NCBI GenBank assembly: GCA_951406725.2
Contig: OX597817.1
Location: 72,726,001 to 72,790,000, forward strand
Reading direction: 5' to 3'
DNA: 64,000 nt
Source of the DNA: Octopus vulgaris
Taxonomy: Eukaryota
The stretch's first letter is position 1, and each line of letters starts with the position of its first letter. Below, piece by piece: positions 61,701 through 64,000 of this stretch. The notes below the pieces were generated by a model. The model saw nothing but the letters and a program-made list of their open reading frames with translations. It had not been told where the DNA came from and made no database searches. The position numbers and the translations under genes are program-made.

Positions 61701-64000
61701 CAATCTGTCTGGATTCCTAAGCATGACCTACTAAGCCTACGGACGGATGGACGTCCGCCCGCCCATCCATCCAATTGATTGATCAAAGGTGATCGGTGGT
61801 CTCAATGCCTCTTTTTTGCATTTAGGGTATTTCTGCTCAGAAATACAACCAAATATTTCAACCGATTTAAATCTTTACCTGTCCAAAGCATGTTCATAAT
61901 TTTGCCCTAAACGCTTATGCTTGTTTTCAGATTTCTCTTATTCCATACGTTCTGACTAATATAATTTTTTTTCCTTTTCAAAAGTCGCAAATCATCCAGG
62001 TGAGTCGCTGAAAGAATTTGGGAATGCATATCATATATGATGCATGAGCATCAAATATGATACACTGGATAGGCAAAGGGATGAATAAATCATCTCTTAG
62101 AGGCCTGTTATTCTGGACTTTTCCTGATTTGTGGTGTGATGACATTATAAACGATATTTTTCTACATAGTAACAAAACAAAAAGGCTTTGGACTTTGTTG
62201 ATAAACGTCATTTAAGAAGAAAATCTTTGCTCAATATTATTACGAATCTTTAAAACGAGTTTAGGAAAGGAATATGTCATAGCGGTAATTCGAACCGCCT
62301 ACGACTTTTGCACAGACAACTCCAGGCACTCGGACACACAAGTAGCTTCCTACATTCACTGAGCAGTTTTTCTCTCCTCCCAATCAGTAATTATTAATAG
62401 TGTTCATTGCATAAATAGCCAACGCCAAATATATCATGTCCAGCAATAAATATTACGGTTAAATATTCGTGAGTTTGCTTCAATTTTTATTCACTGCAAT
62501 AATGCCGAGATAATGTTCATGCAACAAGATAAAGCCAATCCATTTCGACAATTTAGAGACTCAGTCGTTTGAAATACATCATCATTGACCATATCAGCTT
62601 AAGCAACACACAAACTACACGACAATGTAAACTAAGATTTAATGAATGAAAACCTTATGAAACTTTTGCTTTCCTCTGCAAACGTAATCTAGTCTTTTAT
62701 ATTGCAAATATTCTTTATGTCACCGATTTCGCCTTTCATATAATCAGTAAAACTCTCCCAGCATACCTTATATTTTAGAGTAGAACTGTGAAGGCCAGCA
62801 ACGTGTTCCCTTTACGAATAATGAAGTAAAATATAGTTCAGAACAAGGATTTAAAAAATATATTATAAACCATCACGATCAATGGCAGTCTGGTTGTGTA
62901 CATATTCAGACACACACACACACATATATCAAATACTGAGACATGAAAAGCAAATGGAAATATCTCATGCTGGAAAAGTTTAGTATTTTTATTGTCACAC
63001 ACTGAAGAAATCATTGATTCATATATATATATTCATTCAGGAATGCATAAATACCCACGCACAGACTTACATGCATTACATTACATATGACTTTACTGTC
63101 TTTCTAAATTATTCCTACTTATTGTTTACATAATTTTTTATGAAGTAGTTCAGTGGTAGAACTAACAAAGGTTACAAGTTCAATTCCTTTTGGGGGATAA
63201 AAATTTTCAAGGTGTTATAGGTGATTGATTTGAAATTTCTTACTTTGGCACAAGGCCATCAATTTATTTAAGGTTGGGGACTAGTCGATTACATTAACCT
63301 CAATGCTCAACTGATATTTATTTTACCAACCCTGAAATGATGAAAGGCAAAATCAACCTCAGTAGCATTTGAACTCAAAACGTAAAGCTGGAAGAATTAA
63401 TGCTAAGCATTTTGTCTGGTGCAGTAACAATTCTACCAGTTTATTGCTTTAATAATAATAGAAAGCTTATGAATATCTAAGGTTACAGTTAGTAACCCAC
63501 TATCCACATAAATTCTAATTGGAATAAGAACAAACCTGAGTCAAATCAAAAACAGCAACAACAACAATAATAATAATAACAATGAACAGTAAAAAAAACT
63601 TATAGGATTTTTTTTTATTGGAGGAAACTAATGGAATGAAAATTTATTGGAGTGAAATAGGAGACATGTTTTCATTATACAGATTTTTTCATTAACTGAA
63701 AAATGTTCATCAATCATAATAACATGACTAGTTTGTACCATACAATTCTTTATACAAACAGCCTCAAATTAGTTGATTTAATTAAGTTTGATACTCTAAC
63801 TACATGTGGGCCAAGTGCACAAGTCTTTTAGATAATTTTCTAATTTGTGAATACTAAAAATTGTAACAACAGAAATAATGATGATGGTGATGATGATGAT
63901 GGATTTCAATTTTGGCACAGGGCAAACAATTCTGAAGATAGGGGAGTAAGTTGACATTATCAACCTCAGTATTTGACTAGTACTTCATTTTATTGACTTC

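Overview
AT-rich, repeat-dense animal genomic DNA. The SINE and microsatellite content is typical of a cephalopod such as Octopus; this assignment is an inference. The one clear host gene is CHMP2A (ESCRT-III/Vps2): five coding exons on + from 10051 to 29684, giving 220 aa. The rest is tRNA-derived SINEs, decayed LINE fragments (HERO-like, R4/Dong-like, RTE-like, CR1-like), mariner/pogo remnants and microsatellites. The standout is a 4.4 kb composite at about 46725-51144. It is built on a roughly 360-nt repeat monomer carrying a type I hammerhead ribozyme (retrozyme or Penelope pLTR-like, with a 5' inversion). One copy of that monomer is interrupted a few nt upstream of the ribozyme by two tandem ~1.75 kb cassettes. 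Each cassette encodes only an L1/Tx1-ORF1-like CCHC zinc-knuckle protein, with no RT or endonuclease, and each is flanked by a duplicated ~16-nt target motif. Several other hammerhead-bearing repeats are present, including a tRNA-headed SINE with a hammerhead tail. All calls were made by eye and no searches were run.
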